This document shows positions 10,094 through 21,227 of a DNA stretch of 21,227 nucleotides, one piece after another. Position 1 is the stretch's first letter. The number at the start of each line of letters is the position of its first letter. Location of the stretch: positions 1-21,227 of the forward strand of contig CBFFRP010000106.1 of assembly GCA_965644295.1 (NCBI GenBank). The letters run 5' to 3'. Both the position numbers and the translations under genes were made by a program. The notes under the pieces are model-generated. The model was not told where the DNA came from, searched no databases, and saw nothing but the letters and a program-made list of their open reading frames with translations. This DNA is from Paraphysomonas bandaiensis (lineage: Eukaryota > Protista > Chrysophyceae).

Positions 10094-11413
10094 AGTCGGT
10101 GTGATCATGAAACCTGGTAAAGTGATTTCACCAGGTTTCATATATGGAAAAGTTTCATATAAGTGCTTATTTGAAGTCTGTATTAATATTAGTTATAACT
10201 TAGTTGTTGTATATTATCAATTATATATATTATTTTAAAAATATTTTACTAAAATACTGTATTATATTGTTACTTCTCATATAAATCTACTGTATTACTA
10301 CTTATGAAAATCTCACATCAACGTAACACTACTATATATATATTATGCACAGACAACACATACACGAAGTAATAAAATGCAGACACAATATCCCTGAATT
10401 AATTACGCTTCACCGAAAACGATATTTTATTTGAAGTAATTCTGCAACACTAAGTTCTCGTACAAAATATTCTTCTTTTCCGCATCATGTAATCGATGCA
10501 GTCGATCAGTTTGATCTTGCACTGTAGACATAAGCATAAAAGAATTTCGACCATCACTACAATGAACAGCTTGTTGAGGTGCAAGAGACACACCAGTATC
10601 ATCACAAGCACCAAGAGAAGCAGTACGTGCCACAGGGATAGTAGGAGGTACAGGCGGTTCGGAAACACCAACAATAGATGCAGGCTGAGCAGAGGGATCG
10701 TGCTGTACAGGTGAGGGAGCCACTTCTCTGCTTGATACGATCTGCTTCATCTCGTCTCTCAACCCCTCTATCACGTATTCTCCTGGGGACGAAATTGTTA
10801 CTGTGACTAGGATGCGTGGTATTGTCCATGCTGTCAATGATGATGGTACCTATCATCTTGTTTACAAAAGCAAGAAGAGATGTGGTGCCACCAGGGAGGA
10901 TAAGTCAGTGCGCTCCAAATACTTCTCGCTTGCATCTGGTATACTTTATATATATGCTTGTTTGTGTACTGTACCTAATATTGAATATAGCCCACCAGGA
11001 TAAGCCTCATAATATTCCCTCCAGTAAAAGAGACAATATTCCGAGGTGGAGATATATCCAGGAACCCACTAAGGAGTGGGTAGACACAGGTGCAGTTGAT
11101 TCTGCTTCTATTATTACTGGTAAACGTACCAGAAGTTCAGTTGATTATCGCTTGTAAGTATAGATAGCACTTTGTAATATATATAATAGTGCTATCTATA
11201 GTATGCATGTATTAACCGTTACATTAACCGTTACATTCTCACTTTTTGGACCTGTAACTAATATAAAACTTATTAAATGTCTCCAAAAACATGTTCTCTT
11301 TACACCTACTACATTACTTATTGCAAAACATATAAAAAACACAACTTAAATCGACATTTTCAAAATTTCACCAGGTTTAGAGCGCTTCTCCAGGTTTGTT
11401 CATCACATCAACT
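10094..11413 (+). mobile_element. Unclassified TIR DNA element (~1.3 kb), non-autonomous
   Basis: Imperfect TIRs: left AGTCGGTGTGATCATGAAACCTGG versus right reverse complement AGTTGATGTGATGAACAAACCTGG. Subterminal TTTCACCAGGTTT motifs at both ends. The right ~460 bp recurs at 18410-19011. Confidence 0.7.
10689..11157 (+). pseudogene. Spliced ORF remnant inside the TIR element: Tudor/KOW-like beta segment + Chz1-like C-terminal motif
   Basis: YSPGDEIVTVTRMRGIVHAVNDDGTYHLVY...; a 52-nt GT-AG intron (10939-10990, CTAAT branch-like) joins ORFs 10803 and 10816 in frame, ending VDTGAVDSASIITGKRTRSSVDYRL*. Upstream in-frame TGA at 10686. Confidence 0.5.
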
Positions 11414-11445
11414 TATAGTAGGTACCATAATCATTGAGGGCATTG

Positions 11446-11760
11446 ACGCATCCTAGTGACAGTAGCAATTTCGTCATCAGGAAAATACCTCATAGAGTGG
11501 TTATCATCATCATCATCATCATCACCAGACGATGCCTCCACTTCTTGTCCTGATTGTACAGAGGTAAACAAGGCATCATAATATAATATATATATATACA
11601 TACTACACAACACAACATACCATTTTGATTACTATCGTCTGAGGCATTGAAAATTATATCACCACAATCCCACCCCACCTCCCTCCTGTCATCAAGGCTC
11701 GCCTTCTTTTCAACATTTGTCTTCTTCCTCGCCGCACGCTGCTCTTCCCTGCCTGGGTTT
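11446..11760 (-). pseudogene. Inverted paralogous fragment of the same ORF family (basic + acidic exons, truncated)
   Basis: - strand YFPDDEIATVTRMR matches YSPGDEIVTVTRMR at 10776-10818 at DNA level. Preceded by poly-Asp and a putative ~70-nt GT-AG intron (~11551-11621). Confidence 0.5.
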
Positions 11761-11774
11761 ATCTATGGCAAGAC

Positions 11775-11925
11775 TCTGGTGAATGATAAGAGATTTTGAT
11801 TATAATTTACTACTCTCAGCATTGAGTATAAGTTTTCCGTTTGTTGTTAAGCTAAAAAACAATACTCATATTATTATATTATGAGAATAGTAAATTGTAA
11901 TCAATATCTCTTATCATTCACCAGA
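11775..11925. mobile_element. ~150-bp fold-back MITE-like element
   Basis: 44-bp inverted arms TCTGGTGAATGATAAGAGATTTTGATTATAATTTACTACTCTCA versus reverse complement of 11882-11925, 3 mismatches. Confidence 0.75.
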
Positions 11926-11993
11926 TGTCACATACTTAAGTCGTGAAGTAGTAGTGTTGAGGTTAATAATTATAATTCTTACTTGTGAAAAAG

Positions 11994-12797
11994 CAGGGCT
12001 ACATATCAATTAATTGTCAATTAATTGACGCAGGTTGTAGTCAATTATAATTGCAATTATTACTTGCAGTCTCAATTTCAATTATTGCAATTAGTTGCAA
12101 TTATTTTTAGTCTAAACTACATTAGCTGCCTATATAGCTACCCCAACTGGCATTTCATTCCAGAGGCCACGACGGTTCATGCGTAAAAACATAAGTAATA
12201 CTCTTGTGCATATCAGTCATTTCAATCTTAGCTCTACTAAACAACATTTCAACCCTATTGGTTGTGGCATGCAAGTGCTTCATGCTGCGGTAACGAGTTT
12301 CCGTTGCCTGCTACCATCAATCTAATGTTGCGGTGCGCCGTCACTCTAAACAAGACTCTCACTGTCATTATCTTCTTCATCCTTATCGAGCAAAAATATT
12401 TTAATTGTAATGTTCCTTGATGCACGTCCACCCTTCAACAATCAAACCGAAATGCATTGGAAGCATTGCAACCTCTTCGTAATTACCATTTATATTCTCC
12501 AAGAACACTCGTGCATTGGCTTCAGGTGCCAGTCTATCGCTCATATCACCTATTATTTAAATGAATTATTATGTGAGTTTATCCTATGGGCATTATAGTC
12601 TTTCATCAATCTTCGATATTATTTATCGTAAAAAATGTATTTTCGCAATAAAAAATGCCGCTTTATATAAAAAGGTGGTATTTTTATATCAATTAATGAA
12701 GCAAGCTGGAGTCAATTATAATTTATTGCAATTATGATTTGATGTCGCAATTTCAATAATTGACAATTGAATATCAATTAATTGATACGCAGCCCTG
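11994..12797. mobile_element. Non-autonomous hAT-like TIR element (~800 bp)
   Basis: TIR CAGGGCTACATATCAATTAATTG versus right reverse complement CAGGGCTGCGTATCAATTAATTG (2 mismatches). Dense subterminal CAATT/AATTG motifs at both ends. The 8-bp flanks TGAAAAAG and CTTGAAAG are not a clean TSD. Confidence 0.7.
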
Positions 12798-13074
12798 CTT
12801 GAAAGTGCATTGTGTACAACAAAGCAAGGTTACGGTTGAAGTGTAGAGCAAGGTTAACTTCAGTTAATTGTCCAATTCTATCACTCCAGCATTATGAGAT
12901 GTACTGGGTGTGTAAGTGCTGGTTCTAACCCTACTTTTGCAGACCACTGATATATATGCAAATAGGTATACATGTTGCATATCATGCGCGGATAGGCACA
13001 ATACGTCATAGAAATTGTAAAAGTAATTTGATTTTGCTTTTCCATCTGTAATCCTACCCACAATATACTTCATG

Positions 13075-14819
13075 CTACACTTTGTCAAAGCTATTTGCCT
13101 GTTTCTCTGCTGATTTCGCACACCATAAGTGGTAAACACCCGAACAGCAAATCCAATACTTCAAAGTACCTGCAGAGAACAATAGCTTTACATATAGAGA
13201 TATAGCAGGCTATACCCACCAATAATGCAACCCACAAACGGTCCAAATACGCTGTACTCTTCAATAACATCCAATTGTACCCTTCCTAAGTCCCTGTTAA
13301 CGAAACACACATCTATACCGTCAAAGTTTTTGAGGAAATCGTCCCAAGACATATAAAATACTCCGTCGTCCTTCGCATTAGTGCCTGGATACATGAAATC
13401 AAATGCTCCAGTACAAAATATAAATCCAAACCTGTGTCAAAATTTCTCATTTCCAGGCGAATGTTCGGGTGTTTGTTCCACAGATCGCTGTTATCACTCC
13501 AGTCACCGTCCCACTCGAATTCTCCCCTGATATAGTCATGTCAATGAAAAAAATACTGGTACGAGGGTCTCACCATGGATTCCGCAACTGAACAAGGCGT
13601 ATTCCACTTTTCGCAGTCAAGACAGGCGAATACACCTAGTTTGGAGCATGCGCAAACAACCCTCACAGAAGTCACATAGATATGCAAAATGCAGAATATA
13701 CCTGCAGTATAGTGTACGCGTGGCCAGGAACAATGCCCCGTTTCTTACCCCGACCTTGCTCAATTGTTTTATCCACACCCCTTGTGGAGGCTGCCAGTAT
13801 CCCACCGTCACTGTGGTACATATCGAAATGGTTATGAGCAATATTTTGACTGTCACTGTATCACCTGTGAAATCGCGCCACCAATTCATACATTTCATCA
13901 GAACTTAACTTCTTGTGCTTGGACGCCAGATAGAATCTCACATCTGGTCCACCCTTCGTCTCCGCCACTCGCATTTCCAAGCGCTTCCAAATTTTTTGCG
14001 AGCTGTCGAAATTGAATTTGTACACGACGCCACCAGTGATGGCATTCATAGCATAGAGAGAGTACCCGCCCTCAATAGCAGAATAACTACCCATGAATTT
14101 CGCAAACGCTTTCTCCATCAGCATCACCCACATTTCATTCCCACGAGGAGAAGAAAATACAGGCTTCTCACTTCTAGCATTTACAGGCACATAGTCATCG
14201 ATCGTTACCGTCACGAACTTGTGCTTCGCATCGTCCCAAAGCCTGATATTATACCGACCACGAGGATTCCATTCTCGAGTTAGGAATGCATTTTCTAATG
14301 TCCATGGTTTAACTGTCAAACTTGCTAATGCACTAAGTAGCCAACAATCCCCCAACTGCCCTTGGCATATATCGTCGGGGTCCCTGAAAAATATAAGGAT
14401 ATTAAAGACAAAGTCTGCAGTACGCACATTCCATCATCAAATAGCTTATTCAATTTCCCCGCTGTGTTCTTGTACTCATAAGTAACATGCTGAGCTCGTT
14501 TCCAAACAATTTCGCTATTACTAGACTTAATACTCCCCAAACTTTTGTTATTAGGGGGGAAGTCCTTGTCCTCGTAGAGCATATGCTTGCAACAGAAGAG
14601 ACAACCATGACGAGTGAATAGTATGCGACACACACAGCTGGAGAATGTGTCTCTAATACATGGAAACACAAATATAGATATAAAATGTACAATAAGCAGC
14701 ACAGGGGTAGCTAAAACATTTAGCAGCAAAACAAACAGCCGGAAGCCCACATCTCTTCGTTTAGTTTTGAGAAGGCCGTACTCTTTACGTGTAATGTCTT
14801 CAAAACATAGCCACGCCAT
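13075..14819 (-). CDS. Calpain-family cysteine protease (CysPc/Peptidase C2 only); exons 14819-14428, 14383-13865, 13810-13702, 13635-13574, 13526-13432, 13384-13220, 13169-13075
   Basis: YEDKDFPP, catalytic QGQLGDCWLLSALA, VTIDDYVP, EMWVMLMEKAFAKFMGSYSAIEGG, GIVPGHAYTIL (His), LRNPWG (Asn), EWDGDWSD, DDGVFYMSWDDF. Six GT-AG introns of 44-66 nt give a continuous frame ending ...SFDKV*. Confidence 0.92.
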
Positions 14820-15208
14820 AAAATTATTAATCGTTTTATCGGCTCACTTCCTTCTCCCTGCCGTGTGTTTATGCACACTTAAGCTAAGATCCATCATAGT
14901 ATTTCTGTGTAACAGCAGTTCATTATTGAAATTGAAAATGATAATTTTTATAATCAAAACCAAACGACAGGACAGGAAAATACCTGTTTTTCGAGTTTTT
15001 AGAAAAAATTATTTCTATATTATACTGCTGTATATCCTGCTGCTGTTTATGTATTGCGCAATTCATCTCTTTCAGGTACGAAAGTAGGCGTTTTCAATTA
15101 CTCCTCTTCATACTTACGTCATTCGTATCGTAATAGCCAATAAAAACAGCATCATTTCTTTTAGCACCTTTGTGAATTCTGTGTGTCGCAATTGGCTTGC
15201 AGTCAATG

Positions 15209-15926
15209 CTAGATCTGGTAAGAGACAAAGTCACCGTTGAGATCTACAGGTGTAGAGGACATCCAGTACGTTGAACAAACAAAGAAGACATAAGTCTCTA
15301 GAGAGGGGTAGTCGGGGAAATAATTCATTGCTTTGGTAGAACCCACTTTCAATACTGTCCAATTAAACGTTAAGTAGCCATCGTAGTGCAACATGGCATT
15401 ACTACACGAAGCAAACATTGGTTCAATTCAGGCACCCGACTAACAGCAGCAAATGTGAAAACCAACGAATATATTTTCAGTTCTAAAAGAATAAAGGTTT
15501 TTAGCATATGATAAATCATAGATAAATAATTAAGGTAGCTCTACTTACCAGAGGTGTCAGATGCCTTATGGATAATATGTATTCACGTATACCCTTCATT
15601 AATTCTTTCCCCACTGAACTTGTTTCTCTGATACTCGCACCTCTTGTGTGATACACCGCTTGATGATACGATTTGACACAGCTGTCCTCACATATTTGTA
15701 CCACTGGAGTTGCTAAGTAACTAGACTTCTTTGAATCGCCTCTAAAGCGCAGTATTTGTTTCTGACAATACTGCCAAGCAGTACCTAGGGTCAGAGGCTT
15801 CTTCGCTTTTTTATGGACGGTGTGATCGATCAAAACACCACTAAAGCATTGAAAGAAGTCAACATTTGTGTCACTATCGACGAGTTGCTTACTTTCCGTC
15901 AAACCACTTGTACAAGTACTTCGCAA
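15209..15926 (-). pseudogene. Possible tyrosine-recombinase (Crypton-like) N-terminal relic
   Basis: Broken frames read ...KPLTLGTAWQY...PLVSRATL..., SLVFTFAAVSRVPEL (box I R-x-x-E-like, ~15424-15468), FNWTVLKVGSTKAMNYFPDYPSLETYVFF...YW (catalytic-Lys region-like). HxxR and Tyr motifs not seen. Confidence 0.4.
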
Positions 15927-17024
15927 ACTTAACTAGCGCTGAGGAGTTACTATTTTTGGTTTCGCTATAGCTCATGCTCACTGTGGTAGTTGATTTCTTA
16001 CTATTATGATATATATGTTCATCGTGTTGCTCATTTTAATAGAGTAGATACGTTATGATGCTGTGGTATGCCCCTTCTTGGGTCACTTCTCATGCTTCAA
16101 CACACCTCCATAGTACTATTACTCATCAGCAACAGTATATATACCATATGATCACTTACCATCACCAGTTATATACAGAGGACGGTACCGTGGTGCGGCA
16201 GGGATGCGATGGCTTCCATAACTCTGTGGTGCTAAGGCCATCGACTAATCGGGGGTCAATGTGGTAAGCCATGTGTGGTGTCCACATGTAGGTTCCTCCC
16301 CTACGGTCAAGGTCGCTCAACCATTGGATTGTGTCCTCGAGTACTCCAATCCTCGAGTACTCGAAGTCTTGTTCATACGCTAGTTTGAGGAGTTTTGAGA
16401 CTACCGAGTTGAATGCTTTTTGGAAGTCCCATAATGTGCAGAGCTTTGTGTTACCCGTGAATTTTTCGAGTTAGATGCGGTTATATCCCGGAGGATGATG
16501 GCTGTATCCGTGCCATGACGCCAGCGCCGTGCTGTGCAGGGTGGAATACGCCGTCGCCTTCCCATATCTACAGCATTCAGTTGGTAGCGTCCGTAGTCTA
16601 TCCCTAATTCTTTCTTCAAAGTACGTTGTGTGCAACAAAGCAATATTAAGGTTCACAACATGTTGAGCAAAATGTTAAATTCAGTGCAATGTCCCCAATT
16701 TTAACAGTAATCACTGAAATGTTGAATTTATATTGAAAATGTCTGCTTATTATAATTGTTCGCTGTTCTAGCTAGAGTGTCTGTGTGGCGGTGTTGCGAA
16801 GTTTCATGTGGGGTTTGCGGTTGGGTGGGGGAGAAAGGGTAGGTTTGTCTCTCTTCCTTGTCTTTGACCATATGCTGAGCCCCCCTTTGTATTTAGGGGG
16901 CGGCGGAGCAGTGTAGCTATGGGTTTGTCGGCGCGGAGGGGTGTGGAGTTGTCATTGCTTTGTTGTCGATATTTGAGAGCCATGTGGGCTATATGTTGTC
17001 TCTGCAATCGTATCATTGCGCTAT

Positions 17025-17060
17025 CGAACACACACACCGAGGCGGAGGGACGCCCGGGCG
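17025..17060 (+). repeat. GC-rich dispersed direct repeat, partner at 17668-17703
   Basis: TCGAACACACACACCGAGGCGGAGGGACGCCCGGGCG versus TCGATACACACACCAAGGCAAAGGGACGGCCGGGCG. Confidence 0.7.
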
Positions 17061-18409
17061 CTTGTGCCGCTCTAGGAATTCTTCCTATGCCAGAAGGGGC
17101 CTTCTGTCGTCTCGTTTTTTATTACTCTTTCCTTATTACTCTAAGTTTTTAAGTTATTATAATATTAATAATAAAATACTAAACTTTAAATTTTAAGTAA
17201 TACTATATATTTTATTACTAACTTTTAAATACCAAACTTAAAATACTAAAAACTCTTATATATTATTATTTAACTTTTATAACTAACTTTTAAACACTCC
17301 TATATAATATATATTATACTAATATGAAATGAATTATGGCTCTTGGCTCTATATATTGTGGCTTTCTGGCTTTTATGGATTTACTAATAAAAAGTTAATT
17401 TTTTTAATAGAACCGTTTGTAATATAAAATTCAGTTCCAAAAGTGCCGTTGTATATGATGTTGTCGATATAGTGTAGTCTATGGTATAGAAGTGGCTTTG
17501 TTGGTTAAAAGTGCAGTGTGCAGTGTGTAGTGTGCTCTGTGTAAATAAATAGTTTTCAAAAACGGCTTCTCTTCTTTAAGGTATGATAAAAGATACTTAA
17601 ACTTATATTCTGTTATTGAATCTAAGCTCTAATCGCAATCTACTTTACTGGACGAACACAGTGGAACTCGATACACACACCAAGGCAAAGGGACGGCCGG
17701 GCGTTATTCACTGAAGCAGTCACAACAACTAAATGTTATTCAATTATAAGAATTATTATTGCCTCAGCACGCTATAATATTATTACGTTTAATACTATGA
17801 ATTTTAGATTAACAGGTGTATTCGCCATCACGGCGTCGTGTGAATTGCATGAGGTCGTGTTTTGTGGGTGAGGTTTACTATGTTTCCCAGCATTGGGCCG
17901 AGGTCCGTATATGGAGGAATTGATCAAACCATCGCCAATGGTGCCAATAATACGTATGCCTAACAGTGAGAAAGTCTTCAAAATGAGGCGAGTAATGTCC
18001 GCTGTCGTGACCTCGTTTCCACTTGCTTCCAGTTTCCACTCGTAGCCGCATCTGCGATGAAGATACCGTGGTCTGGGAAGGACCGGGTTGCTTTGTTTGC
18101 ATTTTCCGGCGTTTCGGGTGGGAACTGACCCAGGTAATCTGTCTGAGTTTGCTTGTGAGTGCAGGGATAGATTCATAGTCTTGTGAAGTTTATCTAATCA
18201 TATTTCGATTTGTCATTGGTGAGGAGGGCGATGACATGTATCTCGTTGCTGGAAAGGCCTACGCCTACGCAGCGTCGCACGGGTATAATACTATTACTGT
18301 TATTACTTATAAAAAGTCGTTTGCAAGAACGTAAGAGTGTGGACTGTCTAACAGAGTTGCAAATATCATCCACTGTAGTGCTATCAGACATTTTAGATCG
18401 CAAGATTAT

Positions 18410-19011
18410 GATTGTTTGTGTAATGTACCTAATATTGAATGTAGCTTACTATAGGGTAAGCCTCATATTATCCCTTCCAGTAGTAGTGACAGTATATTAC
18501 TCCGAGGTGGGGTTATATTGAGAAACCCACTAAAAGGAGTGGTGGGTAGATATAGATGTAGTTGATTCTGCATTTATTATTTATTTTACTAGCGAATGTA
18601 CCAGAATTTCTGTTGATTATCGCTTGCAAGTATTTTTAATTAGCCAACAGAACGTTTTGCTATATACATACACAGTAGAGATAATATATATTATATAGTA
18701 CGCATATATATATAATATCATCATCATGATGTATGTATGTATGTATGTATGTATGTATGTATGTATGTATGTATGTATGTATGTATGTATGTATGTATGT
18801 ATGTATGTATGTATGTATAGTGTAACCGTTACATTCTCACATTTTTGACCTCTGTAACTAATATATAAAACTTATTAAATATTATCTTTAAAAACAACAT
18901 GTTCTCTTCACACCTCTCTACTGCAGTATTTATTGCAAAACTCAACATAAATCGATTTCAAAATTTCACCGGGTTTTGACCGTTTCACCAGGTTTGGTCA
19001 TCATATCGACT
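18410..19011 (+). mobile_element. Second, more decayed and left-truncated copy of the 10094-11413 TIR element
   Basis: Colinear similarity to ~10955-11413 (GTACCTAATATTGAAT..., GTTGATTATCGCTTG, AACCGTTACATTCTCAC, TTTCACCAGGTTT, terminal CATATCGACT). Confidence 0.8.
18729..18818. repeat. (TATG)n microsatellite, ~90 bp
   Basis: Perfect TATG/ATGT array of about 22 units. Confidence 0.95.
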
Positions 19012-19943
19012 CTGAGTATCCCTCGCGGCTCGGTTCCTCTAGTGCTTTGTGATTATGCGAGAGGGTTTCTGTATTTCTGGTCTGAACGGCTTGACAGTCT
19101 GTGTTTATGGGGGTTGAGCTGTGCGGGGGTTGTAAGAGTGAGAGTGGTTTCACATAAATGTATGCATGAATTTCTGGATAATTGTCTGATTGGGGGACCG
19201 TGAGTCTGAAAATTTATGTTTTACGAGTTTCCAATTTGCGCTTTTGTAGTAGCCAGACAATCGCTTTACCTCTGGAGTGGTGGTTGGCGTGCAGATGATG
19301 GGGGGCGCCAACAAGTGCGTTATGCGGGGTTCAAGTGCGTGCAGGTGAAGGAGCTGTCCGTGACGACGGCTTTTTTGTATGTGTGTATATATAGGTGATC
19401 TTCGTAGAGTTTAAGTCGGGATTATGTGTTGTTATCTCGTTCCTATGTGCAGGTCACAATGCTTGGATGATGGTGTCAAACTCGTGAGGGAGTGATGTAG
19501 AACGCTGTAGTAGCGAGAGTGCTGCAACCTCTCTTGGGCTGTTCAGTTCTATCGTTGAGCTGAGTGAATACCCTAGCATGAGATATTGTGTGACATGTAT
19601 TGTTGGATTTGTGATATCTATGTTGTATCATCAGGGATACTGTAGGGATCAATATATTATTGTATTGCAATACATTGTACAATAATATATATATTGATCG
19701 GCGGACTGGTCAAATATTCTATCAATATTGTTTCTGTTAAAAAGTAGCTCATAATAATATATAATATTGCAATATATTTCAATCAATATTATGATAGTCA
19801 TATAATACAGAAAGGTTCTTAACTGTAGGGTACAAAATATATGTCCATGTATATAAATCTCCGTTCAGACAGTGATTATTGCAAAAATACAGAGGATGAT
19901 GAAGCTGAAGTTGGAGATATGCGGAGAAAATTCTTCAACCAGC

Positions 19944-21227
19944 TCAAATTAATAACAGCCGAGTCAGTCTATCACCAGCCCAATCTGAATCACTGAACAC
20001 ATGTAAGTCGAACTCACTCCCACTGAATCTGATGCCCTCATCAATTGTTCCACGCAAATATTTCAATAAGTGAATCGCCAGTTTGCACGATGCATATGTC
20101 GGACAACTACTAAATCGAGACAATAACCCCACTGCATAAGCCAGATCAGGTCTAGTATGCATTGCTAGATACAACACTGCTCCAATAATTTGCCGATACG
20201 GAAATGAGTCAACCCACTGCTTCTGCTCCTCCGTAAGTTCACGTTCCTCTGCCAACAGATCCTGAACATTAGTAGGTAGTGGGGCCTCCTTATTCTTACT
20301 ACTCTTTCCCATAACTGAGCTGAATTTCTTGATAATATTCTTAGCATACTCAGATTGATCTAACATATACCAATTTTCTCCTCTGGTTATCCTGATGTTC
20401 AGAAATCGCTTACACACTCCCAGATCATGCATCTCGAATGTTTCACAGAACCTACGCTTTACGCTTTCCAAGTAAGTCAGATCAGCGGATGCAATTATGA
20501 TATCATCAACATATATCAATAATAAATGCAGTTTTCCGTTACTCCATCGCATATACAAACACGTATCCAAAATACACGGAGTAAAATGCAATGATTTAAT
20601 AAACTTGTCAATATGTTTATTCCACTGTCGCGGTGAAGATCGCAGTCCATACAATGCCTTGATTAGTTGAAAACACCATCCAGCTAGTAATTCCTCATCT
20701 GGTGGAGGTGCCATATACACGTCATCCTCCAGATCTGCATAGCAAAATGCGGATGATACATCTAATTGATGCACATGCATCTGTAACATAAACGCAATCG
20801 CTAACACTAGTCTAATGGTTATACCCTTAACCACTGGAGCGAAAGTGGACGGCTCCTCCTCCTTCTTCTCTTGGAGATTTCCTAATGCCACTAGCCGAGC
20901 CTTGTACTTTACTATATTCCCTAGTATGTCTCGCTTCACCGTATGCACATATTTCGCTCTAACTAATTTCACTCCGCTTGGAATTTTCACGATCTTCAAG
21001 ACACGTCTTTTCAGCAATGATGTCTTCTCCACCATTCGAGCTTTTCTCCATTGTTGATACTGTGGAGATCTCTCTGCCTCGGCATATGAATTTGGTATCT
21101 TGATATCTTCTGTCTCTGCATGGTTAAGATCAATATTATGCGCATCCGGTACTTCAACCATATTAATCTCTCCTAAAACTGACGCGTTTGCCAGTCTCCG
21201 CTGCAGCCGTTTGCGTGTGACCACGTG
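19944..21227 (-). mobile_element. Ty1/copia LTR retrotransposon pol fragment (RT and start of RNase H), 3'-truncated
   Basis: IPNSYAEA...W, KYKARLVALG, TFAPV, HQLDVSSAF, L.KALYGLRSSPRQW, IYVDDII, HDLG...FL.I, PYRQIIGAVLYLAMHTRPDLAYAVG.LSRF, FSDSDWAGD. ORF runs to the window edge. Confidence 0.95.

Noticed and set aside
10427-10837. 136-aa - strand ORF
   Set aside because: Antisense shadow of the + strand element ORF; no recognisable motifs.
13648-15087. Several + strand ORFs (13648, 13764, 13915, 14219, 14614)
   Set aside because: Antisense to calpain exons.
16334-16365. TCCTCGAGTACTC tandem duplication with palindrome
   Set aside because: Single 16-bp duplication with no further structure; likely slippage or repair.
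17020-17105. GC-rich hairpin cluster as an HDV-like ribozyme
   Set aside because: Could not build the nested double pseudoknot, and the putative P3 is not preserved in the 17668 copy.
17772-18403. - strand ORFs of 134, 74 and 69 aa and similar ORFs at 16401-16656 and 18976-19398
   Set aside because: No recognisable domain; probably decayed retroelement sequence but not assignable by eye.

Overview
Eukaryotic, repeat-rich genomic window with very short GT-AG introns (44-66 nt). The host is probably a flagellated protist such as a stramenopile, which is inference only. Two apparently intact host genes can be built: a 4-exon TTLL3/8-like tubulin glycylase-type ligase (5189-6962, +) and a 7-exon calpain (CysPc-only) protease with hydrophobic, Cys-rich termini (13075-14819, -). 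The rest is mostly transposon debris: two degenerate copies of an RNase H + CCHC non-LTR retroelement, a truncated Ty1/copia pol, a pogo/Tigger-like element with perfect 24-bp TIRs and TA flanks, several MITE-like elements, an unclassified TIR element carrying a spliced Tudor-like/Chz1-like ORF, a P-loop NTPase pseudogene and a possible Crypton-like tyrosine recombinase relic. The most notable unexplained signal is a ~50-nt motif present three times (1171, 1671, 7782 on the - strand), two of them downstream of the non-LTR ORFs. Its base pairing is preserved by compensatory changes, so it is a candidate new structured RNA. All alignments and folds were done by eye.
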